Of a DNA stretch of 64,000 nt, positions 22,569-36,060 are shown piece by piece (position 1 is the first letter of the stretch; every line of letters begins with the position of its first letter). The DNA lies in the NCBI GenBank assembly GCA_907165135.1, contig OU015568.1:7130001-7194000 (forward strand), in the 5' to 3' direction. The position numbers and the translations under genes were made by a program. The DNA is from Oikopleura dioica. Its lineage: Eukaryota; Animalia; Chordata. The notes below the pieces were generated by a model. It was given only the letters and a program-made list of their open reading frames with translations. It did not search any database and was not told the DNA's origin.

Positions 22569-25500
22569 TTAGCGGCGGTAGTCGCGAATGTAGGTCCGTG
22601 GAGGAGATCGCGATCGCCGAGGGCCTCCCCAGTTGTCTCGAGGAGGGGGGCTGTTTCGGTAGCCACGATGTCCACCGCCATGTTGCTGATGACGATTGTG
22701 ATGATTGTCATTGTACGGTCCTCCTCGGCGGTGATTATCGAAATCCCGGCGATCATCATACTGACGGTGGTTGCCATTGAAGCCGCCCTGGTTTCGGTGA
22801 TCGACAAAGCCAGACCGATGATCACCTCGACCGGGGGAACCACGACGATCTGGATACGGCTCGTAGCGATTGTTAGCAGGAGAGTGGCGACGAGGCGGAG
22901 TTGGCTCGTGTGGTCCTCGGCCGCCGAAACGGTTGGACTCGATCGGCGGAGAGGTTGAGTAGCGATTCTGGCTTGGGGGAGAGACTCGGGGCCTGAAGAG
23001 TTTTTTAGTTAATGGAAATATAAAAGTGAAATCAAGGAGGAGGGCAGAAGGTAAAAACTTACGGGTAGCTCTGATGATTGGAAGAATTAGCGGTGGAAAC
23101 TGCAGCACGAATCGTGTTGATGTCAAAGTTAAGATTGACGCTGGACAAATCCATGACTGGTTTATTCAAGTCCTCGAGATCGAGCTGTGGTTTGATATCT
23201 GGCTTCATCTCTTGCTCCTCGGTCAGCTGAGGGATGATCTTGACTTTGTCTCGAGAAGGCACTGGGGCGCGAATGTCCGGTTCACTTGGAGAGTCAGGAA
23301 TAGCGGAGGCGACGTACAATCGGGCCAGTTGCATTTTAGTACGTTCTTCAGCTTTGAGCTTTTCGTCGGAGTTCGCGGAGAAGCGGTCCATGTTTTTCAG
23401 CGCTTGATCGGGAATCAACGAGGAGATTTTTCGAGGAGAGCGCCATTGACGTTTGGGCTTTGTGTCGCCCTGGTTCACGCCGTGGAAGACATTCACAGGA
23501 GCATCCGAGTGGAGATGTTCTCCTTCCCGGAAAGCTTCGAGATTCAGTTGACGTTTGAATGCCTCGGAGTTCACATTGGCTAAATAAATTGTAAGCGAAA
23601 TGGTTTATTTACTTTTTCTTATCTAGGGTCATATTTTTGCATTCACACTTACCTCTTTCTTGTGGGTCAATTTCAATCTCTCGGACCATTTCGAGCGGTC
23701 GAGCTGATGCTTGATCGGTCCATCGGACAGTCTTTGCACCAGGCTTTCGCGGTCGTTTTTCCAGCACAGGTTCGGGGCTGCTACTCGTCTTGGGCACCGC
23801 GGCAGCTGTCTCCGAGGTTGTTGGGTTGTCACTCTTGCCAGGCATCGCGTTCATAATGTTGTTCAGGAGCGAGTTTTTCTTCTCTTCTTCTTCTCGACGG
23901 CGTTTCTTGGCTTCTTTGCGCTTCTTTTCGTCAATTTTTGCCTTTTTCTTTTCATCTTGCGCAGCATCAAACATGTTTCCAATCATGTTATCCACAACTA
24001 CAAACGCAACAATCAAAAACTACTCTGTATTTTAGCAGAAATCCTAACAACCCTCCAGTTAAAAGCGCTAATTATTTCAACAATTTTACTCACGTTTAAC
24101 TTGTCCTTTTTCTTTAGCTTCTTTTTCCTTCTTTTCTTTCTTGATCTTGGCTTTCTTTTCTTTGCGTGCCATTTCCTCGTTGATTATTTGGTTCCATAGT
24201 TCAAAGACTTCACTCGAAACGGCTGATAGAAGGTTCACTTTTTGCTCGAAGGTTATTTTGGGGACTGATGATAATTAAAAATGCGACTGATAGAGAATTT
24301 TATAGGGCTTTTTGGGGCAGAGATGACTCCTTGAAAGTGACATTCAAATGACATGAGCACAGTTCATGTCTCAACTGTCAGCTGACTTACTAGAGTCACA
24401 GTATGCCAGTAATGCCCCTGAGAGACCGCTTTCTTGAAGGAAGAATATTTCTACGCCTTTATTAGTATTGGGGCATTTATGTCTGCTTGATCGTTTCAAT
24501 TTGATTATGCAGCTAATGTCGATGAGTAAATAATTAAACGCTTTAAGGGGAGTTAAAACATTGACGGTTGATAAGATTTCCACTGCGATAAGGTCAGCAG
24601 TGACCCTGAATTTTTAGAGGAAAATTGATTTGCCTCAAGGATGAAATTTTCATTGTTATGCTTGAAGCAGTAGATATGTCGTTGAGGAAATGCTTACGTC
24701 AAATTATCAATTAAACAAATATATGCGCTCCGAACTGGGAAACAATTCTTCATCACGCCTTTATTTTCTGAGGCCTGTCTTATTCTCGCGAATCTCTTTA
24801 GCTGAATATTAATCTCTTGCAAGTAGCAATTCACACAAAAAAAGGATCAATGCAACTTTCCTTTCGGGATAGGAATAATCAACCGTGGAGGATTTTCTAG
24901 TTGTCGACCGAAGCTTGAATTTACAAAGACATCATCGTCAAATTCTTTAGTTTTTGATGGCAACTATGCTCGTTTGGCAATTTCTAGCAGCTCTGCTTCG
25001 ATCGACAATCAAGAAAATAGTAAAAAAAGGATCAAGGAGTACATGAAGGAGATTCCATTGTCCAACAAGATTCCAGTCTGGCGGGGATCAACTAAAATTC
25101 TAGTTTTTGGCAACATGCTAAGAGTCAAAGTGTCAAATGCGTAACAGTCATTTTCAACAGTGGAAAAGGGATGATAAGGTTCTGGAGCGCGAAGTGAACC
25201 GTTTCCTTTTATGACCTCGTCGTCATGCTTTCTGAGCGAGCGGATCATTTTGCCGGGCATCTTGCCCGTCTCGATGGGCTTTTTGAGGAGGGAGTGCGTC
25301 ACTGGCAGACTACGGTACGTTTTGACCATCTGCCGAATTCCAACAAAGTGTTTTTGTTCAATATAGCCGTTCAACCAACGAGCTAGCGTCGGCCAACCGC
25401 CTTTATTGAGAAACGCAGTCAAAATTTGGGCAGTCTTAGTCTCAGCGAGCACTAACAGATAACACAGTTGAATATCAAAGTCTTCGTTTTGCACAGCGTC

Positions 25501-26587
25501 CATCAGTCTGAATAAATTATTAATTCATTGGGTCAAATTTGGGTTCCAAAGAAGGGAGAGATGTTGGGTTCTGGGGTTGTTTTCATTAGATTTGTCAATT
25601 ACTATCATCGTTTTGAAATTGATGAGCGTAAAATTCGAGCACTAGAAACTGATCTATTGATTTCTACTGAATTGGCGAAAGTTTTCCTAAAAATTAAGGC
25701 CTTTATTTATGTATAAGGTTTACTAAAAGTACAGGACTTCTTAAATTTACAAGGGGGTCGACCTTAGCATGGATTTTGAAATGATAACTTTCGGAAAACC
25801 TCTAATTCGTTTAACAGATAAAGACGATGCGAAAGTCGAATAAATAATTTACAAATGCATCTCTTTGTGCCCCGGCTAAGATACAGGGCGGCGACGAGGT
25901 ACAGTCACGTGCCAGGGGCGCTTAGCTCGTCGGGAAATCTGCCAACTGTATTCACCTTGTACTGTAACAATTTGAAAGGAATATTGAAAACACAAGGTCT
26001 AAAAGTCATCTGTCTTTTTACTCCTGCTGGGCATAAATTAACAAGTTCCTGCCGAAGTAAATACAGTAACAAGCGCTCAAAAACAACCATCTTTTCAGTT
26101 TTTCTCTGGGAAAGAAAGCAAATGCTACCACACCAACGAATAGCAGGATCAGCTCACGAGGAAGTGTGGTGTTTTTCAAATGCGGTGTAGTACATTTTTA
26201 CCAGACTCGCGGCGCAGTTGTCTATTTTTTCCACTTTTCGGTCGATAATTTTGCTCTTTTCTGTTCAATTTCAAAATGGGGAGGGATTGACTGTAAGGGG
26301 ACTGTATGTTTTATTTTGTAAAAAGTAGTGACTGTAATATTCAGCGTTCTGTACCTTATCAGCTCTTCAACAGCAGAATCAGGATTCTTTAGGCCGCCTT
26401 GTTGGTCCAAAATCGGGTCCAAATCGTCGAAAACTTTCGAAACACTCATCACGTGTTCGGTCTCTCTGTTCACTTGTAATGTGCACTATAAAATTCGAGC
26501 TAGAAAACGCGGGGAAAAAAACGATATCTCTGGTTTTGAAGCTTTTCTTCTTTTCAGCTATAAGGGAAAATCACTTACCACTGTCAT
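22569..26587 (-). CDS. PPP1R10: PP1 nuclear targeting subunit PNUTS-like protein, multi-exon
   Basis: TFIIS-N-like region (CYLLVLAETK..FLNKGGWPTLARWL..LPVTHSLLK..GKMIRSLRK); RVxF-type motif KTVRW followed by REIEIDPQER; ..LNLEAFREGE..WRSPRKI; Gly/His/Arg-rich C-terminus. No C-terminal CCCH finger seen. Confidence 0.75.
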
Positions 26588-27619
26588 AGCATATCCCAGT
26601 GACTTTGGAAGGGTCGGTTTTGCTTTATCAGGTTTCTTGCTGTCGGAAATTCGTAGAAATTCGCGTTTTGTGTCGACTCGAAAAGGAGAAATCGAGATCT
26701 GAGCTGAGTTGGAGCTTGAGTTGGCGAGGCGGAGGGACGCGTGGGCGGAATGGTCGTGGGCGCTCTATTTAGAAAGTGACGAGTTTGCAAATTTGGTTCG
26801 ATCGCGAGTGGGAAAACAGGACCAATCTAGAAAAATATCGATGGAAGTTCGGTTTCTCACGTGATTCTAGCGTTAATTCTTTCAAATTTCTGGATTTATT
26901 TTTTTCAATTTTTCCCCTAAAAAATGCTTATTTTCATTAAAATGCGATATGTTTAGCATGAATACTGTCTTTGTCTTCCTACAGTTACGCTTCTGGTGTA
27001 ATTTTATTGCTTTTTGAGCGAAATTCAAGAATTTATTTCCATTAATTTGCTTCAAAATAGATTTTTTGACTAGAAATTATTGAAAAATCGGCTCTTATCT
27101 TCGAAATTTACTAAATAATGCCTTGATTAACGTTGCAAAATCCTACCGGAGTAGTTCGTTTCTAGTGGCCTGATCCATACTTCAATTGAACCTTCCGGAT
27201 CCGGGATTTACCCTCGAATTCAAGTCAATCAACAGCGATTTTTATCTAAGTCCGTCTATCGTCCTTATCTGCCCTTGAAATGCTCATTTTCATGCTTCAT
27301 GCAAACAAGAAAAACAGCTGAATCGATGATCATGAAAATAGGTTCATCGGTGGTATAATTTTATTGGCGATCGATAAGGAAACTTTATTTGAAGTAGATC
27401 TGGTTCACAACTTTACAGTATGTACATCAGAGCATCGAAAATATTGGCAATAATAATTCAGGCAGTTAATTGTTGTGAAAATTCAAAGTATGTAAAAGTG
27501 AGGAAAGTGACGTTTATTTCGATGTTGCGTTAGATAATTGGCGGCCACGCTGGCAGGATGTGGGATTTCTGAAGGAGAGTTATTTAAAACCAATGATTTT
27601 TAATGAAAACCTTACGTTT

Positions 27620-29101
27620 TTAGAGCTTGAATTCTGGTGCGTTGGGATTGAGGTCTGTCTCAATCGAGTTGTTCGTCAGTCTGGAAGCGGTTCTTTCTTC
27701 TTTCGTTTCAGGAGTTACAGTCAGTGATGCGGAAGTCTCAAGATTGCTTGCTGGTAAAGTCTCTATTCCACTTTCTGGGGCATTTGAAGCGTTTTCGCTC
27801 ATACCCTGGTCGGTGGCTAAAGCGTTCCACTGACATGTTATCGGATCTGGCTCAGAGTCCTTTTCAGAGCTCTTGGCTCCAAGTTGATTGTATAAGTTGA
27901 AGGCAGTCGAAGGATCGACATATGAAGGAAGCATTGGCGTTGAAGCAAAATTTGTGAAGCTACCGAAAGTGCCAAAAAGAGGGTTCATCTGTTGGCCAAA
28001 CATTGGCACTGCTGATGCTATTGGCTGAAGAAACGATGGAGGAGTAAATGTTGATGGCGCTGTATCCTCTTCATCTTTCTCTGTTGCGTCTACTGATAAA
28101 CCGGGAGGGGTTCGCTTTGAAACTTCCTTCAGAAACTTGGGAGTGCTTGGAAGAGAGCCACGGTTGTAGAAGGGCTTGCTGAGTCCAGGAGGAGCCTTGA
28201 GCGTTGAGCGAGATGGAGTCGTAGTCTTCTCGATGATTATCTTTCTGATGATATCTTCTGGATTCGTAGAGGGTGTGTTTTCATCCGGTTCTTCTTCACT
28301 GTGGTTCTCCAATGAGCTATTTTCAAAACCAGGTGGCAAGGATGGAGTCTTGCGGGTCAAGCTGACCGTCAGCTTTTCATTTGTGTCGATGGATCGAAGA
28401 GGGGATCGAGTAATTTCATCTTTCGTATCGCAAGTAGAGGATTCATCAACCGATACCTGCTCTTCTTCGTTGATTTTCTTGGCGAACCCAGGAGGAGCTT
28501 TTCTATTACGCTTTCTTGAAGGCATCAAGTTTTCTCGTTTCCCTTTTCTCGTACCATATAAACATTCTCCATCTCCTCTGAATCTTCCGTAGTCCAAAGG
28601 TCTTTCATAGCGCTTGTTCTTTCGAAAAACCCAAGAGTAGGAGAACATTCCTCTGCCACAAATGTTCTTCCATCAGGCGCCAGGATTTCTTCGCAGTAAT
28701 TCGCCCAATTCTCGCCAAATAGATCCTCCATTTTTTCAGCCTCAGCGTCGCAGGTCTCTGTCGCCTCGGCGTAAGATCTCTTCATTGCTCTCTTTGCCTT
28801 CTCAAGTGAGCAAATCATTTTGTGTCGCTTTTTCGCCCGGTTTCTATTTTCTCGCTGAAGTCTTTTGAATTGATCGCGCAATTTTTGTCTGGCAGCTTTG
28901 TACGCTTCAAGAATCTTCAGCGAGTTCTCGTCGTGGTCTTTTATCAGCTCTTTTTTCAGACGCTGCTTATCTGAATAATCATTAACTCAACCATTTCTCA
29001 ACCATTTTTTACCGAAATCAAGATTTTTGAGAATCGACTTGAAATTATTGACCTCCCCAAAGCTCGAACTTCTCACAGTCATTATCTAGCTCTAGAAACA
29101 T
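27620..29101 (-). CDS. Coiled-coil + low-complexity protein with four PPG[FL] motifs and a C-terminal PAM2 motif
   Basis: Exons MFLELDNDCEKFELWG / DKQRLKKEL..RDQFKRLQRENRNRAKK.. / KAPPGF, LPPGF, KAPPGL, RTPPGL; ends DLNPNAPEFKL*. Confidence 0.6.
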
Positions 29102-29215
29102 GTGGTTAAGACAACAGGTAAATTATAAAAATAAAATATATTCCGAAGGAGTCGTAAGAAAAAATATAATATGCAGGTTTTTTCAAGGGTTGAATTTTCG
29201 GAAGACAGACGGTTT

Positions 29216-31468
29216 TCAGTCTTCCAAATTGAATAGTTCCTCTCTGAAGTGGTCCAGCAAGTTCGCAATCTCTTTGTAACGGCAGCGAGATCTGGTCAGC
29301 TCGGTGTCTTGGATCCATTTCATAAACTAAAAAAACGGTTCTCTTCTATGTCTTCAATGGATGGAAGTTGAATCCTTAATCTTGAGCCAGTACTTACAGA
29401 TTCACGTTTAGCATTAACTTGCGCGTTGAGCGTATCTTCTGAGGTATCAATCGCGAGCATGTGAGCATCATGAGAGGAGGCAAGAGCATTTGTTACTGTC
29501 TCTTTGTCAACGAATCGCATTCGAACTTCTTCGGAGAACTAAAGATGCATTTAACAACTGGGCCAGGAAAAGAAAACTTACATCGTCAGGAACATCGTTT
29601 TTGATAAACCGCTCGAGCTGAACTTGTGAGTCTTCCTGCATTCGCTCGTTGTGCAGCGCCTGGATCTCTCTGATCTTGGTGTACTGGCCGGATGTGTACT
29701 CCAAAAAACTGGCGCACATGTCGCTGAAATATCGCTCGAACTCTTTGATGGTTTCGTCTATTTTTTCGTTGAGTGTCACTTCGATCTCCATCAATTCCCA
29801 GTCCAGCTCGTCGATCTTTTTCGACAGGTCGTCTCAGGGTGGCTATTTTGGACAAAATTTCGGGGTCTGGCCATCCAATTTCCATCCAATAAATTTTGAG
29901 TGGAAGCTATCCATCCAAAATCCAATCCAATCCAATTTTACCCAATTTCCCAATAATCCCCAATTCCAATTGGATCTAATTGGGTTTCCAATTTTTCCAA
30001 GGCTTCTAGTACTTTGAAAAGAAAGATAACAGTAAGTTTTTATCCGAAAGGAGGATCAACAGAGCCAAAACAATGATTTTTTATCTGAGAATGTTCATTT
30101 TTATCATGAAAATGACCCTACTTTGCATAGTTTAGAGATATATTTTTTATTGGATCCGATTCCCCCAATTTCACCCAATTGCCCAATTTTCCCCAACCAA
30201 ATCCGGTACCCTGGCCATCCAAATTCCATCCAAACCTTATTGGATTGGATCCAATCCAATTCCAACTAACCCCCAAATCCAAAATAGCCACCCTGGGTCG
30301 TCTGATGTTGCATTAGCCTCCTGAATACGAGTTAAAACGATATAAGAGGGGGGAAAACCTGAAGTGCAAGGAATTCGTCGACAAGAAGTGTAGCCTTTTT
30401 GTTAGCATTATCGATGGCGGCCTTTCTCGATTCCAACAAGTCGTCGATTTCCGCAGTTCTGGTCTTGAGCCTGACGAGTCCCTCTTGAACGATCGTGTCG
30501 CAGACTTTGTTGATTGATTCTTTGAAATTTTCGACGACCTCCATGATTTCTGGAATCTGATTGATGATGTTTCCGTCCACGTCTTCTTCGTACATTTGGT
30601 CGAAGAGCTGCGGCACGTGATTGACGAACGCATTGACTCTGTCTTGAATCTCTTTCGCTTCTTGCTCCGCTTTTTCGCGCATTTTTATTTCTTTGATTTC
30701 GTTGTCTTTCGTCTCCAGAACCTTGATTTCGTATTTTTCGAGGCCCTTTTCTCTGAGAGCGTCGTCGACCATCTTGAAGTCGAGGAAGGAAATGTTGCTC
30801 AAAATCGCCAGTGACATTAGCGGGTAGTTTTCTTCGTCTTGTTCGATAGGATTGCCCCACAATGCCAAGGATCGGAGCGCAGGGAAACGAATAGGCCTAG
30901 AACGTTTGGTGATTTAACAAACGGATTAGAGCGTACCTGAGATAAAATACATCATTAATAACCGTGAGGTTGTTATTTGAAAGAGAAAGAGTCTGGAGCT
31001 CCGTGAGCCCGTCCAAGTTTTCAATTCGCTCAATTTGATTATTTGCGAGGGACAAGTCGACGATTTTCGTATTGTGCTCGAGTCCCTCGATCTTGCTGAT
31101 TTTGTTGAAAGACAGATCCAACCAAACGAGGTTCACTAATTTTTCCAACCCTTGAATTCGCTAATTGATGGCGTTAGTTTGGCGTTAGATTGATGAAATT
31201 ACCTCTATCTTATTATTGTCTATCTGCAGCTTCGTTAGACTGGTAAATTGCCATAGATTCTCGATTCTGATGATATTTTGGAAGTCGAGACGGAGGACTT
31301 TGACTGAAGCGAAGGGGATCCCCTCTTCTTCGGCAATTTTGCCAGCCTCGCCGCGCGGCCCCTAAATTTTCAGTGAGTCTCTCGATTTTCCTGAAAAGAG
31401 CTTACCTGATCATGTACTGCTCGCTTGAGCATGGAATGACAGATCACATCGGGCTCGACCTGCGACAT
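29216..31468 (-). CDS. DRC3: Dynein regulatory complex subunit 3 (LRRC48)
   Basis: MSQVEPDVICHSMLKRAVHDQGPRGEAGKIAEEEGIPF..LRLDFQNIIRIENLWQFTSLTKLQIDNN, LVWLDLSFNKISKIEGL, LWGNPI, LMEIEVTLNEKIDETIKEFER, ASSHDAHMLAIDTSED; these match the DRC3 LRR and C-terminal regions. Confidence 0.93.
29835..30295. mobile_element. hAT-like MITE (461 bp) inserted in a DRC3 coding exon
   Basis: 18-bp TIR cagggtggctattttgga; 8-bp TSD GGTCGTCT (29827-29834, 30296-30303); interior rich in ccaat/tccaa units. Removal restores EANATSDDLSKKIDELDWELMEIE. Confidence 0.92.
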
Positions 31469-31554
31469 ATTTGAAGCGCTGAAAAAAACTAACTGAGCAA
31501 CTTTTCAAATTTCGACCATTTCTTGTCAACAGTTCTAGAAACGATGAAACAGAA

Positions 31555-34500
31555 TTAAAACTGGAAAACGCCGCGGAACAGCTGATTTCGTCTTTCGTGT
31601 GTCCACTCGGCCTTGTCAGCTTTGGGGAAGAAGCCAACGAGTTTTTGGTGAACATTGTAGCGGATTTTCCGGCCTTTCGAAGCTTTCGTGTCTACGTTTA
31701 CTTTTTTCGTCTAAAATTTCAGTCATTTCAAAGCTGAAAAAGATCAACAGAACCTTTTTCTCAAGCCTCTGAAGCTTCAACCAATGTTTATTCAACTCTG
31801 TCGTGTTGTTTGGATCCGTCGAATTCGCCTTTGAGTTTATCAGGTTCCTCAGAATGCTTTGATAAAGCCCCGTGTCGTCGTAATGCTCCTCGTCTTGCTC
31901 TGCATCGTTTTCTTCAACTCCAAGTCGCCTAGCTGTAAAGGACTTTCGCAGCCGTGAACGGCGAAGAAGTCGATCTGGGTCAGCCATAATCGCATTTACC
32001 GCCTTGTTCGGATCGTTCCCGCCACTGTGCTGGACTGATTCCCAAGTTTTTGCGAAGACAGTTTGTCGTTGATTCGTAATTACCCCCCAGAACTGAAAAA
32101 TCAATGATGAATATTGTAAAATAGGAGGTTGTAGTCCCCTTATTATGAAAATTGCTTCAGAAATTTCCTCAACGAAATTACCTTGTTAGAAAATGTTGAA
32201 TCCGAGTTAAATCGCTCACATTTGACTTCCGCACTACTTTCGTTTAGTTTCTTCGTTACTTTGGCCATGCTGACGAATGTTTCGAGGATTTTTTCTTGGA
32301 CTTGAGCATATTTGGCTTTGATGGCTGCGCTGGACTCGAGATTAAACTGTTCCATCTGCTCTGGTGGTGGCAGTTGAGCTGAAAGAGCGAGCAGTTTTTG
32401 AAGGCGGATGCGAAGTTGGACGAGTTGGTCGTGAAGTTCGATCTGAAATTCAAGATGATCAAGAAAATCGAAGTAAATTGATCCCAGAGTAAAAGATCTT
32501 AGCCTTTTACGCAGGCTGGAAGCGTCAATAATTGATCAGAATAAATGGATCCCAAGTATGCATTTAAACTTGATTATAAAAGAACAACTGAACTCATTTT
32601 TTTCTGAGCAAATTAGCTGGAAACTTAATTATGATAACAGAGAATCCGTATAAGGAGGGAAGCGACCTAGACGAGGAACGTAAATGCTTCAAAATGAGCT
32701 GAAAGAATCTCACTTGAAATTTGAATCCTTTACCAAAAGTACTCGACTTTCAACGAGGGAAAAATGAAGCCCGTTCGGTCCAGGCTTCGGAGGGGATCAG
32801 CGAGCATTTACAAGTACATCAAGAGAGAACAGTTCATTCGAGAGCCGTGCAAGTGCGACAAGCAAATACTGGAAACTGCGGAGACCAAAATAATCTGGGT
32901 AAACTCGAATCATTGATACTTCCTTTATAATCGGTTTAAGATTTTCAGCGGAAAAGGAGCGCCACTTGGAAAGACATGGTGGAGCATTCTTTTGCTCGCT
33001 GGAATCGTTGTTACTGTCTATAATGTAGTAATGTGTTCCACGAAAGTAAGGCCTCACTTAGGAAAAAAGATTATTCAATGAATTCAGTATTACAACTACC
33101 CAACAATAACGAAAGAAACCTTCGAATCTAGCGTCGCACATGACAATCGGATAAATCAGTTTCCGAAGATTACCATTTGCCTCAACTCCATGCACTCACG
33201 GAAGTACATTCAGTACTTCCAAGCACACACTGTTTTTTTTTGTTAAGGGCTTTAATTAATGTCTACAGCGAGCATGTCCACAACGTAACAACTTTTCTGT
33301 ACGGTTTCTACGGAGACAATCACGGCGAAGACTTTTCATCGTTTTGGAACGAAATAACAGACTCTAATGACAACATTCTGGACTCCATCGACCTCGAGAA
33401 GTTTATGCAAGTAACTCGGCCAGAATTAGAGATCCTAGTGAGTGCTTTTTTAATAAATTATTAAGCAAAGCTACTTTTTAAAATTAGTCCTGCCGTTTCA
33501 TGAACGAGCCGTGCAAAAAGCAATGGAAAGACGTCCAGGAAAGTTTCTAAATTAGAAACTGATCGATAAGCACAAACTGAGAGGAACTCAAGATAGACAG
33601 TCTATGGCGTCTGCAAACAGATGGAAACAACGGCCGAAATGTTCAAGGACCCGAACAAGCAAACAGCAGCATTTGGCAGACAGAGCTCACTGTCAATTGT
33701 CGCGCAGTATAACTCCAGCGACTGGGGGTCAGGCAAGTTGGCATTTAAAATTCAAGTGGTGAAATCTGGACTCAGGCTGGGCACACTTTATAGATGGCTG
33801 CACTGTCTACATCAGTCCTCGTCACGAGGAGACGCTCGACCCGGATGACAGCGTCATCCTCAACCCTGGCTCAGTTCCAATCGTCTCCATCAGACAAAGG
33901 AAGCACAAGAAGCTTCCGTACCCATTCAGCACTTGCATGAAAAGGGAATCGGATGTTCTCAAGTATTTCAACCTTTACACAAAGAAACACTGCATCTACG
34001 AGTGCTTGATCGACCTCGTGATCAAGAGCTGCAAGTGCGTAGAATATGGGTTCAAAATACGGCCTAAAAATTGCGAAAACTGGGATTGTCTTTCAACCCA
34101 TCGTAAGCCCCTTACTTCCCGAAAAACGTGATAGAAATGGCGAAAAATTTCACAGGCCCCTTCGGAGCCGATGAAATCTGGGGCTGGAAAAATCTCCAGC
34201 AAACAGTGAAAATGTGCACTTTTACTGAACACGCATTTTGCGTTTCCACTCATTTTACAGCTTTCAATCACATGCGATGCAACTGCACTGAAGAATGCGA
34301 CTACGGTACGTTCTCGTCAATCTTATGAAACCAACAAATGCTTCAAGAGGTTTTCTATCAGACGAATATGCAGTATGCGAACTTGCGGCTTGACACACCG
34401 GAGCATAATCGGCTCGCTGTCGATCCTCCAGAAATCAAGTTAGGGTTGAGCCGCTCTCCTTGAGCGAGAATAATTTATCAAGAGGAAATAACACAGACTC

Positions 34501-35917
34501 AGCTCGAAAAAAGGTCACCTCGTTCTTGCTTTATCAAACCGATCTCGAAACCGAACTGGAAACTGAATTTCCTGAGTACACCAGGTAAACTTAAAAATGA
34601 AGAAAATGAAAAGAAAATCTTCCAGCTTTGAGTTTTTCTCGGACATTGGAGGAACAGTGGGGCTGATGCTAGGCTTATCGGCAGCAAGCGTTATCAGCAT
34701 CTTGGAAACGCTCTTTGCTTACATGTGGCACAGCGGCAAAAAGGTAAATTTATCAATAATAAAGGCCAAAAATCAACGAATTTTCAGGCGATTCGAGAGT
34801 CTCTGATCTCAAGGGAAAGTAGTGAGCACGAACGCAGCCGCGAGTTAGAAACGAAAATTGAATGCTTGAATACGCTTTAAAACGTTACCGAACAGTTTCT
34901 CTTTTGGAATAAATTTGTTTTCATCCGAATCCTGAAAATTATGCATTGACCTGGAAAAATAAGGGCTTAGATAAGATCTATCTGTGATATTTGGAGGCGC
35001 CAGAGATTGAAAAAAAATGTCTTTAAATATCTGAATTCGGAAAAATATGCAACCCTGACAAAATGCTCTAACGCAATCTAAAGTTCCTGTTTTAACTGTG
35101 TAAGGTCTAGAAGGAATAAAATTTAAATTCAATGATGCGTTCAGTTATTACGAGCACAACAAACAAAAAAAAAAAATACCTGTGAAATTAGCCCCCTTCC
35201 GATTTCTGCTTCTGAAAGTTGCGTCGACGAGGCTTCCTTTTCTTCTTCCCTTCTTTTAAAAATATCCAAATCCTCTAGCGCGCCAATATCACCAGCATCC
35301 GACGAAGCAATACTCTCGTCGTCAGCATCATGTCGATTCTGTAGGTCTTCAAGGCTCATTCCTTCGATTTCTTTCGGAACACCAGAGTCTGATTCATCTT
35401 CATTCTCGTCGTCTTCTTCCTCCTCTTCGTCGTAGTCTTCTTCATCTTCTCCTGGCTCTCCCTGGACTAAGAAACGGTTTTTTAGGGAACCTACTTTCTT
35501 CAAACTGAATTGTTAAAAACCCTTCCCTAAAAAGTACTTGGACATATCTTCTTCTTCCTCTTCTTCTTGTTCCTTTTCCATTTCTTTTGCCGCTCCACTG
35601 TTCATTTTCGCGAGCATGGCTGCCTCCTCTTCTTCGTCGCTGAAATCATCGTCGTACTCCTCTTCCTCATCATCGTCGCTTTCCGAATCTTGTTCGAGTT
35701 CTTCTCTTGTCACTTTCTTTCCCGCGTATTTTTTATCTGTCGGCTCCGCCACAGGTCTCAATTTCGAGCGTCCAACACTGAGATAATGCGATTTTTCATT
35801 CTCGGTTACGATCGCCGCCGTTTCCGATTCATCCTTTTCCGTGTCGATATTTCCAGGGAGCAATTGCTCGGAAGTATCAAACTCTTTTAGAAAGTCCTTC
35901 AAGTTTGAACTTGACAT
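31555..35917 (-). CDS. AATF: Apoptosis-antagonizing transcription factor / Bfr2 homolog
   Basis: HYLSVGRSKLR; acidic N-terminus; QLRIRLQKLL; YDDTGLYQSILRNLI; VDTKASKGRKIRYNVHQKL (TRAUB domain). A ~2.7 kb intron (~32450-35170) hosts the DEG/ENaC gene. Confidence 0.9.
32764..34880 (+). CDS. DEG/ENaC (ASIC-like) ion channel, nested antisense in an AATF intron
   Basis: TM1 KTWWSILLLAGIVVTVYNV; YYNYPTIT..FPKITICLNS; Cys-rich thumb (YTKKHCIYECLIDLVIKSCKC, CNCTEECDY); TM2 SDIGGTVGLMLGLSAASVISILE. Confidence 0.88.
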
Positions 35918-36060
35918 TCTAAGTTTCTGATATTTTTTTTGGGAGCTCTTTTATTTGGCAAATTTTTCAATTTTTCAGTATGTGGCATGTTTATAAGGTT
36001 ATTTTTTCACAGAAAAGAAGAAATATTGTAATTGAACAAAGTAGAATATAAAAAATGAGG

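Noticed and set aside
23026-23583. Long antisense or alternative-frame ORFs over real genes (e.g. 23026+, 28176+, 39215+, 51741+, 54951-, 56120-, 59260+)
   Set aside because: They mirror low-complexity or codon-biased coding exons on the other strand or frame and show no independent protein motifs.
25910-25990. tRNA gene suggested by ggggcgcttagctcgtcggg
   Set aside because: No B-box/T-arm or cloverleaf follows.
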